Source of the DNA: Candidatus Cloacimonadales bacterium
Lineage (GTDB): Bacteria > Cloacimonadota > Cloacimonadia > Cloacimonadales > JAFGVF01
Length of the DNA stretch: 64,000 nucleotides
Reading direction: 5' to 3'
Assembly: GCA_963662585.1 (NCBI GenBank)
Contig: OY759729.1
Span: 1,568,001-1,632,000, forward strand
In this document: positions 49,728 to 60,534 of the stretch, one piece after another
Layout of the letters: every line of letters starts with the position of its first letter
How positions within the stretch are numbered: the stretch's first letter is position 1
The notes under the pieces: generated by a model
Databases searched by the model: none
Told to the model about the DNA's origin: nothing
Seen by the model: only the letters and a program-made list of their open reading frames with translations
Program-made: the position numbers and the translations under genes

Positions 49728-51308
49728 TTATTCTCCAGGACCGTTATAGATCAACCCGTGATTTCCGTTTCTATACCATTCACGATTAGAAGCTCCATTA
49801 CTATTAACCCAATTCCCAAAATCAGGATATGATTCTACAATATCTGTTGTTTCGGTTGGGTGTGCCATAGTAGCAGGAGTATGGATTGCCCAAGGAGCAC
49901 CTTCTGCAGTCTTGTAGTAATAACCTGCTTCCAAATCAGTAGCATCATCAAAACCATTATTGAAATAGGATTGATCAGCATTAGAAGTAGGAGGTAAGCC
50001 TGGTAAATGAACTTCCATAGAAGGGTCATGATTGATAGTAATGTAAGGGTTGTAAGGAATAAAGAATTCGCTCTCTGAAGCAGGATATTCTCCATTAACT
50101 TCAACAACAAAGCTAATTGGTAGGAAAGGAGTATGAGCCATTGTTGGCACAGTATTCATAAAGTTTCCGTTTAATTGAACTAGATCGTTAGTATTATGAA
50201 AAACTTGAATAATTGCTAAACCAGAACTATTAGTTTTCTGAGTCAATAGAGGGTGTGAAGCAGAAAGAAGAGTAATATCTTCAGCCTGGATGGGTAGTTC
50301 AAAGTAAAAACCATTTTGTTTGGTAGCTCCGATAGCTGTTAAAAGAAGGTTAAAATGAATCTCTTTTAATTCATTAACTGAACTCACAACTTCCTTGATG
50401 TTATATCTAATTACCATATCGTTGAAATCATAATCACCTTTATCAGGCCATAAATCTTCATAAGCTAAAGTTCCATAAGTATTATCTCCAGGATACACTA
50501 GATCATAAGCTTTATTAGGATCATTAGGGTAATCATCATCTTCATCTACGACACCATCATTATCTTCATCTATTCCAGGGAAAAGAGGAGCATCAGCACA
50601 AGCATCTTGAGTTAATCTGCTAGATGTTTGTAAAGACCAAGTTATACAATCATTTCCTATAGAAGTGAAGTTAACAGTAAATACATTATATTGTCTGCCT
50701 GGTAAAAATTCAGTAGGTTGACCTTGATCTTGGTTTGAATTATTTAAACCTGAGCCAGTGAATTTATTCTTAGCACCTATATTTTGGATATATACTTCAT
50801 CATATTCATTGTTATATCCCCAATGTGAAGTAATAGAGCCATCATCTTCCAATTCAATACCTTCTAAGATTGGAATAACATAAAGTTTAACTTTCTTACT
50901 TGCAGATTTTTCTTCTACTTCTTCAATATTATAGAGAAAAACTTCTGATTCATTCATTAAATCAGTCACTAAATAATCAGAGAACACCATATTTCTATAA
51001 TGGAAATTCAAGCTAGTAACTGCTTTAGGAATTGATATGGTTCTTTCTATAGCTTCTTGATCATTTGTTAAGAAGCGGTAGTATTCAACACCATCATCTC
51101 CAACAACAGCAACAGTTCCAATATTTGGTGCATAGAACTTTAAATTAACAACTTGGTTAGTTTCAAAATTAAAGTTATCTGGGATGTTTAGATCAGAAAA
51201 ATCATTATACTGCTGATTATTGGCAGATGTTGATTTATCATTATCACAAGATGTAGCAAAAAGCGTTATCAGAAGCGCCATAATCATAATTATTGATTTA
51301 TTCTTCAT
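49728..51308 (-). CDS. LruC-domain (DUF4842) lipoprotein
   Basis: Lipobox ATSC, IPDNFNFET, Ca-binding-like DEDNDGVVDEDDDYPNDP, LAYEDLWPDKGDYDFNDMV, EVHL, PWAI, YPDFGNWV. Confidence 0.85.
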   Translation of the reverse strand: MKNKSIIMIMALLITLFATSCDNDKSTSANNQQYNDFSDLNIPDNFNFETNQVVNLKFYAPNIGTVAVVGDDGVEYYRFLTNDQEAIERTISIPKAVTSLNFHYRNMVFSDYLVTDLMNESEVFLYNIEEVEEKSASKKVKLYVIPILEGIELEDDGSITSHWGYNNEYDEVYIQNIGAKNKFTGSGLNNSNQDQGQPTEFLPGRQYNVFTVNFTSIGNDCITWSLQTSSRLTQDACADAPLFPGIDEDNDGVVDEDDDYPNDPNKAYDLVYPGDNTYGTLAYEDLWPDKGDYDFNDMVIRYNIKEVVSSVNELKEIHFNLLLTAIGATKQNGFYFELPIQAEDITLLSASHPLLTQKTNSSGLAIIQVFHNTNDLVQLNGNFMNTVPTMAHTPFLPISFVVEVNGEYPASESEFFIPYNPYITINHDPSMEVHLPGLPPTSNADQSYFNNGFDDATDLEAGYYYKTAEGAPWAIHTPATMAHPTETTDIVESYPDFGNWVNSNGASNREWYRNGNHGLIYNGPGE

Positions 51309-51454
51309 TTTTTCTCCTATTTTAAGTTTTAACTCTAAGAATGTATAAAGCTTTCATAGATATTTACAAATTATATTTATTTTATTATATCTTTATCTGA
51401 ATAATATCTAATGACTTATGATGATAATTCCCTTTCAAGAAAAGCTCATAAAAA

Positions 51455-51853
51455 TCAATTTTCAATAAATTTTAGCATAATACTAAAAAGTTCTTGAGGA
51501 ATCCTAACTGGTTTCCCTTCAGTTGTGAAAACCCCAGTTACAATAGCCTTTGCACATAGTTCATTCTTTTCATTATAGATTTCTTGAAGCCATACACCCT
51601 TAACTTTAGTAATTTTACTTGTTCTTGTTTGTACAGTAGCTACCTGTTCCATTTTCAAAGGCCTAATATAAGATATATCTATATTAGAAAGGAAGATTGA
51701 TACTTTCCATTCTAACAACTTAGCTACTGGGATGCCCATTTCTATTAAGGCTTCTGCTCTTGCTGCCTCTAATAATTGAAGATAATTACTATTATTTAAA
51801 TGCCCATAAACATCACATTCATAGCCATATATTTTTCTCTTAAATTCTAACAT
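51455..51853 (-). CDS. Acyl-CoA thioesterase (4HBT/YbgC hot-dog fold)
   Basis: ECDVYGHLNNSNYLQLLEAAR, ISYIRPL. Confidence 0.9.
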   Translation of the reverse strand: MLEFKRKIYGYECDVYGHLNNSNYLQLLEAARAEALIEMGIPVAKLLEWKVSIFLSNIDISYIRPLKMEQVATVQTRTSKITKVKGVWLQEIYNEKNELCAKAIVTGVFTTEGKPVRIPQELFSIMLKFIEN

Positions 51854-51997
51854 TCCTCCTCCTTTGATAACTATTAATTCTTATAACTACAGAGAAATTA
51901 TTTAGCAATTCTTGACAATAAATTTCTTCTAAAATTTAGTAGTTATGATAGTAGCTAGCTATTTATTTCGTATTATTTGAAGGAAGAAAGGTAATAA

Positions 51998-52798
51998 ATG
52001 AAGAAAATTTATAGATATTCAGAACAGAAGTTTTTAAGCTTTACTAAGCAAAAACAAGTGGCAATCATTCAAGAAATGCTAGAAGTTTTAGAGAGGAATT
52101 ATTCTATTAAAGAATATTCTCTAGTTCTGCAGGAGTCTCTTAAAATGTGTTTTGACTTTATTGAAGATAATGATTTATTAGCTAACTTGACTTGGAAGAG
52201 CTATGATTTAACCAAGCTTTCTGATATCATTGAATTACGGGATGAGATATTAAGAAAAGAAGATATTTCTTTAAAAGATACTGATATAATAATAAAAAGA
52301 TATGATTCAGTAAGAGAAGAAAAAGAGAAGTTTCCTTTGGTAATCATATTGGATAATCTAAGGTCAGCATTTAATGTCGGTTCAATAGTTAGAAGTTCAG
52401 AGTGCTTGGGGGTTTCTGAAATTGTTCTTTGTAGCAAAACACCAGGTGCAGAAAATAGAAAAGTGAGAGAGACTTCTATGGGTATTTTAGAGTATATAAA
52501 AATCATCAGATATAAAACAGTCCAAGAAGCTATTTCTGCTTATAGAAAACAAGATTTTGAGATAATTGCCCTAGAACTAACCAATAATTCTATACTATTA
52601 GAAAATTATAGACCAGCTAAAAAAGTTGCTCTTATCTTAGGTAATGAATCCTTAGGAGTAGCTGAAGAGACTATAGCATTATGTGATAAAATTATAGAGA
52701 TTAAAATGTATGGGGTTAAGAATTCCTTAAATGTGAGTAATGCAAGCGCTATTGCGACTCATACTATCATTCAACAAATGGAGGCAAAAAATGATTAA
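51998..52798 (+). CDS. TrmH/SpoU-family RNA methyltransferase
   Basis: LDNLRSAFNVGSIVRS, LGNESLGV, IKMYGVKNSLNVS. Confidence 0.92.
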   Translation: MKKIYRYSEQKFLSFTKQKQVAIIQEMLEVLERNYSIKEYSLVLQESLKMCFDFIEDNDLLANLTWKSYDLTKLSDIIELRDEILRKEDISLKDTDIIIKRYDSVREEKEKFPLVIILDNLRSAFNVGSIVRSSECLGVSEIVLCSKTPGAENRKVRETSMGILEYIKIIRYKTVQEAISAYRKQDFEIIALELTNNSILLENYRPAKKVALILGNESLGVAEETIALCDKIIEIKMYGVKNSLNVSNASAIATHTIIQQMEAKND

Positions 52799-53351
52799 TA
52801 GAAAAGAAGCTAAAGATATTCTAAGCAAATATTTATTGAAAGAAAGCTTACAAGAACACTGTCTAGCAACAGCACTAGTAATGGAGAAAATTGCAGAAAA
52901 GATTAAAGCCAATCAAGAAGAGTATTTTATTACTGGCTATTTACATGATATTGATTTAGAGCTTGTGGGTGAAGATTTGGAAATTCATGCCAAGAAAGGT
53001 GTAGAAATACTTAAACAATATGATATTCCTGAAAACATCTTGAATGCTATTCTTGCTCATAACAAACATAAAGAGCTTGAGACTGACATTGAAAAGGCTC
53101 TTTGGATTGCCGACCCTGTTAATGGACTAGTAATAGCATCAGCTTTAATGCGACCAGACAAATCTATTTCAACAATGAATCTTAAATCATTAAAGAAGAA
53201 ATATAAATCTAAAAACTTTGCCGCAGGAGTATCTCGCGAACAAATAGAAGATTGTGTACTTTTAGGCTTCTCTTTAGAAGAATACCTACAATTAGCTATG
53301 GATGCACTTGCCCCTCATGAACAAGAATTAGGTCTTGGAACTGGTAACTAA
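52791..53351 (+). CDS. HD-domain (HDIG) phosphohydrolase
   Basis: EHCLAT, GYLHDID, AILAHN, ADPVNG, FAAGVSRE; start reassigned to ATG 52791 behind GGAGG. Confidence 0.85.
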   Translation: MINRKEAKDILSKYLLKESLQEHCLATALVMEKIAEKIKANQEEYFITGYLHDIDLELVGEDLEIHAKKGVEILKQYDIPENILNAILAHNKHKELETDIEKALWIADPVNGLVIASALMRPDKSISTMNLKSLKKKYKSKNFAAGVSREQIEDCVLLGFSLEEYLQLAMDALAPHEQELGLGTGN

Positions 53352-53354
53352 AAA

Positions 53355-53693
53355 ATGAGTAGTCCAACTCTAAGTATTTTCTTGCTAGTAGTTTTTTTAA
53401 TCTTGAATATATTAGATGCTCATTCTACTTGGTTGGTTCTTAAGCCAGACCATTATTATCGAGAAAAAAACATCATAGCAAGATTTTTCTTCCGCAAGTT
53501 AGGTCTTTTCAGAGGAATTGTAATTTTTAAGTCATTCCTTCTGCTTTTATTAGCACTTATAATTAAGTTTTTTCTTCTTCCTGAGTACTTAACCCTTAAT
53601 GTATCAATCGCTATTGGTAACTCAATCTTTCTTATCGTAGTATTAAATAATTATCGAATATTTAGAAGATTAGCTAGATCTAAACTAAGATAA
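53355..53693 (+). CDS. Small membrane protein (DUF5658-like)
   Basis: Three TMs, LNILDAHSTW...EKNIIAR. Confidence 0.6.
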   Translation: MSSPTLSIFLLVVFLILNILDAHSTWLVLKPDHYYREKNIIARFFFRKLGLFRGIVIFKSFLLLLLALIIKFFLLPEYLTLNVSIAIGNSIFLIVVLNNYRIFRRLARSKLR

Positions 53694-53703
53694 GTTTGAG
53701 ATT

Positions 53704-54387
53704 CTAAATCAATCCCTCTTCAGCAAAACTAAAGATGTTATCAAAACCTACAACAAAGTGATCTAGTAGTCTTACATTTAGATGCTTAAGAAATGATTTA
53801 AGATTATTGGTTGTTGCTACATCTTGTTCAGAAGGCTTGCTGTCACCTGAAGGATGGTTATGAACCACAATTATTCCAGTAGCTGAGATATTAATGATTT
53901 CTTGAGCAATCAAACGGAAATCTATTAGAGTCTTAGTAGAAATTCCTTTGGAGATAACAGAATCTTTTAAAAGGATATTTTTACTATTTAAGTATAATAC
54001 TCTAAATTCCTCATTTTTCACTCCCCGATATTTAAGGATCAAATAGTTTTGAACCGCTTCTACAGACTTAAAAACATGGATGCGGTTCATTTTCTCTTTC
54101 AACAAATAGACATTTACATCCTTAAAAAGCTTTATCGTAGTAGCTGTTTTTAGCCCAACTCCTGTTACTCCTTGTAAATCAGAAACTGAGGCATTCATTA
54201 CTGAATTAAGTCCTCCAAAAGTATCCAATAATGTCTTTGCTAATATTTTAGTATCTTTGCGTATTATAGTCAGAGATAGAATTAATTCTAATATTTCATA
54301 AGGTTGAAAATTATCTAGCGTTTCATTTGTATATCTTGTTTGTAACCTATTCTTGTGACCTTCCTGGTATTTCCTTTCAGCAACCAA
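53704..54387 (-). CDS. radC: RadC/JAB-domain protein
   Basis: YEILELIL, RKDTK.LAK.LL..FG, HhH GVG, EEF, HNHPSGDSKPSEQD, LLDHFVV. Confidence 0.92.
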   Translation of the reverse strand: MVAERKYQEGHKNRLQTRYTNETLDNFQPYEILELILSLTIIRKDTKILAKTLLDTFGGLNSVMNASVSDLQGVTGVGLKTATTIKLFKDVNVYLLKEKMNRIHVFKSVEAVQNYLILKYRGVKNEEFRVLYLNSKNILLKDSVISKGISTKTLIDFRLIAQEIINISATGIIVVHNHPSGDSKPSEQDVATTNNLKSFLKHLNVRLLDHFVVGFDNIFSFAEEGLI

Positions 54388-54409
54388 AACTCCTCCATAT
54401 AACCTAAAA

Positions 54410-54449
54410 TAAAATAAAAAGTGCGAAACAGGAAAAACCTGTCTCGCGT
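54410..54449 (-). terminator. Intrinsic terminator after purE
   Basis: Minus strand GCGAGACAGG-TTTTT-CCTGTTTCGC followed by ACTTTTTATTTT. Confidence 0.75.
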
Positions 54450-54457
54450 TAAAGTAA

Positions 54458-54910
54458 TTATTTGCTTTGTTCGTTTCTAAAATTTATAAGTTTTTCTTCA
54501 ATATCTTTGTGTTTAAGGGCAAGAATTTGAGCAGCAAGAATAGCAGCATTTTTTCCACCATTAATAGCAACAGTTGCTACTGGAATTCCCGTAGGCATTT
54601 GAACAATAGACAATAGAGCATCTTCACCTGATAAAGTAGCACCTTGAAAAGGTACACCAATTACAGGAAGAGATGTATGAGAGGCAACAACACCTGGCAA
54701 GTGAGCTGCCATTCCTGCTCCAGCTATCATAACTTCGATTCCCTCTTCTTTAGCGTTCTTTGCAAGAAGCATTGTTTGTTCAGGCTTACGATGAGCTGAA
54801 GAGACATAAAAGTCATATTCAATACCGAATAATTCTAAGTACTCTAAGATTTTGTTAGCTTGTTCTTGATCTGATTTACTTCCGATTAATACACGAACTA
54901 ATTTAGACAT
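54458..54910 (-). CDS. purE: N5-carboxyaminoimidazole ribonucleotide mutase
   Basis: [36 protein letters not shown]. Confidence 0.97.
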   Translation of the reverse strand: MSKLVRVLIGSKSDQEQANKILEYLELFGIEYDFYVSSAHRKPEQTMLLAKNAKEEGIEVMIAGAGMAAHLPGVVASHTSLPVIGVPFQGATLSGEDALLSIVQMPTGIPVATVAINGGKNAAILAAQILALKHKDIEEKLINFRNEQSK

Positions 54911-54936
54911 TAATTATACTCCTAAAATTTATTAAT

Positions 54937-55593
54937 TTAAATATCAGCTAATAAACTGTGGATTTCATTTAGATTTGTACTTGCATTTAATACTTTGATA
55001 TTTGCATCATTTAACATAATTTTAGATAAGTAAGAGAGAGAAAAAAGATGTTGCTTATCATCATGTAAAAGAAGCATAAAAAAGAGTGTAACTGGTTTCT
55101 CGTCAGGAGAATCAAAATCTACACCTTCAGGACATCTGCCAAATAAAACTGTAGGTTTTTTTATCTTGGTCGGATGAAGATGGCGAGGATGCAATAAAGC
55201 CACCCCATTTCCAACAGCAGTTGAAACTAACTCTTCACGAGCAACAACAACTTCGTACAACCATCTAGCATCTTTAACAAGCTTTAACTCTTTTGCTTTT
55301 TCTGACATTACTCTAATAGCTTCATATTTAGTCTTTGCTTCAAAGTCTAAGAAAATACATTCAGGTCTAAAGTACTCTCTAAAACGACAAACAGTTTTTT
55401 TCATAGCTAGATCTTTAACTTCCTGCTCGTTAAGACTCTCTAACCAACTATCAATTGATACAACATCAAGTTTTACTACTTTACCTACTGTTTTAACATC
55501 GAAAAGTTTTTGTGAAATCATTTCATCAATAACACTTTCAGTTACTTTTAGGTATTCAGCTGCCTCACTCTTGGTGAGTAACTTTTTCTCCAT
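54937..55593 (-). CDS. Excisionase-type HTH fused to a PTS EIIA (Ntr/Fru-type) domain
   Basis: N-terminal LLTKSEAAEYLKV; EIIA motifs REELVSTAVGNGVALLHPR, GVDFDSPD.KPV.LFF. Confidence 0.85.
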   Translation of the reverse strand: MEKKLLTKSEAAEYLKVTESVIDEMISQKLFDVKTVGKVVKLDVVSIDSWLESLNEQEVKDLAMKKTVCRFREYFRPECIFLDFEAKTKYEAIRVMSEKAKELKLVKDARWLYEVVVAREELVSTAVGNGVALLHPRHLHPTKIKKPTVLFGRCPEGVDFDSPDEKPVTLFFMLLLHDDKQHLFSLSYLSKIMLNDANIKVLNASTNLNEIHSLLADI

Positions 55594-55806
55594 CGTTCCT
55601 CCACTTTTTTGTTTATTATTTAATAATTATTCGCTAATTTTGAGATTAATATATTCACTAAGTGAATGTTGAAAGTTAAGATCTTTTTCATATTATGATT
55701 AATCAATTTAGATTGTTAAGCTTTCCAACAATCTTTAATATTTATATTTAAAGTACATTTCTAAACTATTTCTTGACAAATACAATAATTAATAGACCTT
55801 ATATTC

Positions 55807-56316
55807 ATGGTCAAGAAATTTATTAAATATTTTATTGTAATTAGTCTGATTTCCTTGTTTGGATGCAGTTATTCGCTCAGAACAAATCAATATCCATATC
55901 TAAAAACTATTAGGATTTTACCTGTAGAGAATAGAACTACCGAGAGTGATATTGATTTAGAAGTCTCTGAATATTTATCAGAGAGTTTTCAAAAAGATGG
56001 GAGATTATTGCAAGTAACAGAAAACCCAGATGTTCTATTAGAATGTGCTGTAACATTCTACGAAGAGATAATATATAGCTCTGATAGTGCTAATAATGTT
56101 GAGGAGTATCAAGTTAAAATGAACTTCTCAGTAAAAATGACTGATTTGATTAACGACAGAGCTCTATATGAGAATAAAAGATTAGCACTTGCACAGCGTT
56201 ATGCAGTTAATAATGCCATTACGAGTGCAGATTATGATAATAGAGATGATGCAGAAACAGGTATCTATGATGAACTGTTCACGAAAATAATACAAAATAC
56301 ATTGGAAGATTGGTAA
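55807..56316 (+). CDS. lptE: LPS assembly lipoprotein LptE family
   Basis: Lipobox LFGC-SYS, IRILPVENRT, C-terminal W. Confidence 0.75.
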   Translation: MVKKFIKYFIVISLISLFGCSYSLRTNQYPYLKTIRILPVENRTTESDIDLEVSEYLSESFQKDGRLLQVTENPDVLLECAVTFYEEIIYSSDSANNVEEYQVKMNFSVKMTDLINDRALYENKRLALAQRYAVNNAITSADYDNRDDAETGIYDELFTKIIQNTLEDW

Positions 56317-57024
56317 ATGAGAATTAATAAGTATTTAGCTAAGAGTACAGGTTGCTCAAGAAGAAAGGCAGAAGAGCTGATTTTAGCAGGTAAAGTCAGA
56401 ATTAATAACAAAGTTTGTAATGACTTAGCAACAGTTGTACTCGAACATGATGATAAAATAGAGTTAGAGGGAAAAGTTATCTCTTTAGATATCCCCCTAT
56501 TATATATAATGATGAATAAACCCAAAGGTTTAGTTGTTACCAGATCCGATGAGTATGATAGAAAGACTATCTATACTATATTACCTCCTGAATTTGATTT
56601 TGTTAAACCAGTGGGTAGATTAGACAAAGATTCTGAAGGTCTCTTATTATTAACAAATGATGGTGAATTGATTAATAAAATTCTACATCCAAAATATAAG
56701 TTGGAGAAAGTTTATCAAGTTACTGTAGCAGGTAAAGTTAATAACGGACAACTAACTAAATTGAGAGAAGGAATTGATATTGGTGATGGAGTTACTCTCC
56801 CCGCAGGTGTCTATATTAGAAAGAATTACGAGAGAAAAACTATGCTCAAGTTTGTGCTTAGAGAAGGTAGAAAAAGGCAGATTAGACGCATGTTAGAAAG
56901 CGTAGAATTAAAAGTACTTGGATTAAGAAGGACCCAGATTGGCGAGATTCAATTAGGCCAATTACCACAAGGTCAGTGGAGATATTTGACTAGACAAGAA
57001 ATAAATTATTTAAAGAAAGATTAA
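56317..57024 (+). CDS. rluB: rRNA pseudouridine synthase (RluB/RsuA family)
   Basis: S4 domain MRINKYLA..SRRKAE, NKPKG, VGRLDKDSEGLLLLTNDG, EGRKRQIRRM. Confidence 0.88.
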   Translation: MRINKYLAKSTGCSRRKAEELILAGKVRINNKVCNDLATVVLEHDDKIELEGKVISLDIPLLYIMMNKPKGLVVTRSDEYDRKTIYTILPPEFDFVKPVGRLDKDSEGLLLLTNDGELINKILHPKYKLEKVYQVTVAGKVNNGQLTKLREGIDIGDGVTLPAGVYIRKNYERKTMLKFVLREGRKRQIRRMLESVELKVLGLRRTQIGEIQLGQLPQGQWRYLTRQEINYLKKD

Positions 57025-57038
57025 TAGAGGGAGAGGTT

Positions 57039-58118
57039 ATGAGAATAGGATTAATAGGATTGCCCAAGAGTGGCAAAACAACAATATTTAATGCTTTAAC
57101 AGGAATGAATATTGAAGTTAGTGCTTACGGACAAGGAGAGTCAGAGCCTAACCAATCAATTATAAATGTTATTGATGAGCGAATTACAAAATTATCGGAT
57201 ATGTATAATCCTAAAAAAACAATATATGCCACTATAGAATATGTTGATTTTGCTGGAGTTAATAAAAGTGATCAGAGACAGGAATTAATGTCTGGTCAGG
57301 GTATGGTATTACTAAAAAATACAGATGCTTTAGCTTTAGTTGCTAGACAGTTTTCTGAGCCAGTCTTAGATGAAATGTATGGAGAGGCAGACCCTGTTGC
57401 TGAAGTAGAGACTATTGAAGCTGAAATGATTATTTCAGATTTAATTATCGCTGAGAAAAGATTAGAAAAAATAGCTTTAAGTTATAAAAGAGGTATCAAG
57501 ACCCCTGCTTTACAGATTGAAGAGAAAGCAATTAATAGCGTTATTGAGCATCTTAATGCTGAAAAACCTTTAAGAACTTTAGAGCTTCCTGAAGAGGAAG
57601 AGAAATCTATCAGAGGTTTTCAATTTGTCAGTCAAAAACCACTATTAGTTATCCTTAATACTGATGAGAATAGTTATCATCAGAATCAAGATATTATTGA
57701 TCAGTTTGCTGAAAAATACCCCATCTTAGAATTTGCTGGTAAATTTGAATCTGAGCTTAATAGTTTAGATGATGAAGAAAGGGAAATATTTATGGAAGAC
57801 ATGGGTATTGAAACTTCCGCCCGTGACACGCTAACAAAATTTTCTTATGATATCTTAGGCTATTTAAGCTTTTTTACTGTAGGTACAGATGAAGTAAGGG
57901 CTTGGACTATTGAGAAAAGCTCTAATGCGGTAGAAGCTGCAGGTAAAATTCATTCAGATTTAGCTCGTGGTTTTATTAGAGCTGAGTGTTTTAACTATGA
58001 TGATTTAATCTCACTTGGTAGCGAAAAAGCTTTAAGAGATAAAGGATTATTCCGTTTAGAAGGAAAGAATTATATAGTAAAAGATGGAGATATCTTAAAT
58101 ATTAGATTCAATGTTTAG
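57039..58118 (+). CDS. ychF: YchF/Obg-family ATPase (divergent G1)
   Basis: GLPKSGKTTIFNALT, DERIT.L, YVDFAG, FFTVGTDEVRAW, AGKIHSDLARGFIRAE, EGKNYIVKDGD. Confidence 0.9.
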   Translation: MRIGLIGLPKSGKTTIFNALTGMNIEVSAYGQGESEPNQSIINVIDERITKLSDMYNPKKTIYATIEYVDFAGVNKSDQRQELMSGQGMVLLKNTDALALVARQFSEPVLDEMYGEADPVAEVETIEAEMIISDLIIAEKRLEKIALSYKRGIKTPALQIEEKAINSVIEHLNAEKPLRTLELPEEEEKSIRGFQFVSQKPLLVILNTDENSYHQNQDIIDQFAEKYPILEFAGKFESELNSLDDEEREIFMEDMGIETSARDTLTKFSYDILGYLSFFTVGTDEVRAWTIEKSSNAVEAAGKIHSDLARGFIRAECFNYDDLISLGSEKALRDKGLFRLEGKNYIVKDGDILNIRFNV

Positions 58119-58137
58119 AAATAAGGAAACTTAAATT

Positions 58138-60534
58138 ATGGCAAAAAAAGTAAAAAAAGAGACCCCAAGGATAAAAACTCCGTTTCTTAAAGCAGTAGCT
58201 ATAAAAATACTAAGAGTTGTTGCAATAATATTCTGTTCTTTAATGATATATGCTCTAATAATAGACAACATTACTCTTGTAAGTGATTATGAAGTTATTA
58301 CCCTAAAAGCACAAGCTGATGGTATTTTCTCCATTTTTGAAGGAGGGTTAAACTTAGATAACTTTGTTGGTCCTCTTGGTGCAACTTTGGGCTATTGGCT
58401 TTCTTATTTATTTGGGCACTATTTAGTTATCATCTTAATGTTAGGAATCATTATTAAGAATATGATTGCTCTTTTTGGAAGCAAAAATAGTGAACTACGC
58501 CATAATATTACCCTTTTCATGGGATTTTTCTTCTTTATCCAGCTCTTGATGACTAATTTTAATTTGGCTGGTCCTCAAGTGCTAAATGGAGTAATTTCTC
58601 AAGGCATAAACAATGGACTTATCAAAATTATTGGAATAAAGGGAACTACCGCATTCTTAATAATATCTTTAATTTTAGATATTTTACTTATTTTTGGTTG
58701 GGATCCTGTTAAAACAACTTTTATTGCTGTAGGTAAGACACTTTTATACCCCTTCTTTCGTAAAAGAAATGGTAATGAGGATGAGATTGAAGAACCTGAA
58801 ATAAAGAGGGATAGAAGAAAAGTAACTGCAGATCCTGAGCCTATTAAAGCATCAAAGGTTATTCCAGAAATTGCTATTAATAATCATAAAGATAATACTG
58901 AAACTGTAGATTTTCCTGATGAAGAAGCTAACGAGAATGTAGAGGAAGTTTCTCCCAGGCAAATAAAGAAAGAAGATGAATATAAAATTAATCAACCTGA
59001 GCTAAGCAAACTCGTAGCAATTAAAAAGAGTAAACCAGCAACTATTGAAGGAGAAGCTGGTAAAATTGAGAAGTATATCAAGCCTGATATGGATAAATTC
59101 TTAAAAATAGATAAAAAAGCTACTGATTATGACAAAAGTGAAATAGAAGCTAATATCAAGAAAACTAGTGCTATTCTAAGAGAAAAATTAGCCGAGTTTG
59201 GTATCGAAGCTGAAGTCGTAAATGTCAATATTGGTCCTATTATTACCCAGTACGAGCTTAAGCCTGCCCCAGGAATAAAAGTCACTAAATTTACCTCTTA
59301 TGCTGATGATTTAGGACTTGCCTTAAAAGCTACTTCTATAAGAATTCAAGCCCCAATTCCTGGTAGAGGACTTGTAGGCATAGAGATACCTAACAAACAT
59401 CGTGATGTTATTTATCTTAAAGAAGTACTTATGTCTGAAGAAATGAAAAAGAATGATAATACTCTCACAATTGGTTTAGGAAAAGATATCTCTGGTAGAG
59501 CAGTAGTTGCTGATTTAGCCAAGATGCCTCACATGTTAATTGCTGGTGCAACAGGTTCTGGTAAATCTGTTTGTATCAACACTATAATTTTGAGTCTTTT
59601 GTTAAGAACAACTCCTGATGAAGTAAGATTGATTATGATCGATCCTAAAAGGGTTGAATTAGCTGGTTATGGGGATATTCCTCATCTTTGGACAGATGTT
59701 GTTACTGACCCTGAAGAGGCCTTAGAAACCTTTAAATGGGCTGTTGATGAGATGGAAAGAAGATATAGTCAGCTTCAAGAACTAAAAGTAAGAGAGAGAG
59801 AAAGCTATAACAATAAAGTAGAGAAATTAAATGCAAAACTAAAACCTGGTGAAGAGGCTGAGTATCAAAAGATGCCTTTCATTGTTATTATCGTGGATGA
59901 GTTTGCTGATTTAATTATGACTGCTGGTAAGGAGATTGAGTTACCAATAACTAGATTAGCACAGATGGCTCGTGCAGTTGGTATGCATATAATTCTTGCT
60001 ACTCAAAGACCTTCTATCAAGGTTATTACTGGTATTATTAAGGCTAATTTCCCTGCAAGAATAGCTTTCCAAGTTTCTTCACGAGTTGATTCACGAGTTA
60101 TTCTAGATGAAATGGGTGCAGAAAAACTTTTAGGAAAAGGTGATATGCTCTTTGTTCCACCTGGAACTAGTAGTATTCAAAGAATTCATGGAGCTTATGT
60201 TTCTGATAGTGAAATTAATCAGGTTATTGAGTATTTAGAAACGCAACCAAAACCTGCTTTCAGAATGGAAAAAATGATAGCTAAACCTGATGATATGGAA
60301 GCTTTTGATTATGATGATGAACTCTTCTTAGATGCTGCAAGATTAATAATAACTTCTGATGTAGCTTCGGTTTCTATGCTTCAAAGAAGTTTCAAGATTG
60401 GTTATGCTAGGGCAGGAAGACTAATTGATATGCTTGAACAAGCTAATATTGTTGGGCCTCATAAGGGATCTAAGTCTAGAGAAGTAATCGCAACTATGGA
60501 TGATTTAAAAGTTTATGGACTTGATGATGAATAG
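58138..60534 (+). CDS. ftsK: DNA translocase FtsK
   Basis: N-terminal TMs, MPHMLIAGATGSGKSV, IVDEFADL, ATQRPS, gamma domain SVSMLQRSFKIGYARAGRLID. Confidence 0.97.
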   Translation: MAKKVKKETPRIKTPFLKAVAIKILRVVAIIFCSLMIYALIIDNITLVSDYEVITLKAQADGIFSIFEGGLNLDNFVGPLGATLGYWLSYLFGHYLVIILMLGIIIKNMIALFGSKNSELRHNITLFMGFFFFIQLLMTNFNLAGPQVLNGVISQGINNGLIKIIGIKGTTAFLIISLILDILLIFGWDPVKTTFIAVGKTLLYPFFRKRNGNEDEIEEPEIKRDRRKVTADPEPIKASKVIPEIAINNHKDNTETVDFPDEEANENVEEVSPRQIKKEDEYKINQPELSKLVAIKKSKPATIEGEAGKIEKYIKPDMDKFLKIDKKATDYDKSEIEANIKKTSAILREKLAEFGIEAEVVNVNIGPIITQYELKPAPGIKVTKFTSYADDLGLALKATSIRIQAPIPGRGLVGIEIPNKHRDVIYLKEVLMSEEMKKNDNTLTIGLGKDISGRAVVADLAKMPHMLIAGATGSGKSVCINTIILSLLLRTTPDEVRLIMIDPKRVELAGYGDIPHLWTDVVTDPEEALETFKWAVDEMERRYSQLQELKVRERESYNNKVEKLNAKLKPGEEAEYQKMPFIVIIVDEFADLIMTAGKEIELPITRLAQMARAVGMHIILATQRPSIKVITGIIKANFPARIAFQVSSRVDSRVILDEMGAEKLLGKGDMLFVPPGTSSIQRIHGAYVSDSEINQVIEYLETQPKPAFRMEKMIAKPDDMEAFDYDDELFLDAARLIITSDVASVSMLQRSFKIGYARAGRLIDMLEQANIVGPHKGSKSREVIATMDDLKVYGLDDE

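Noticed and set aside
53704..54387. radC as a marker of a mobile element
   Set aside because: Full-length HhH+JAB form in a housekeeping context with no mobility genes
54937..55593. Phage excisionase
   Set aside because: The HTH is fused to a PTS EIIA domain and no integrase is nearby
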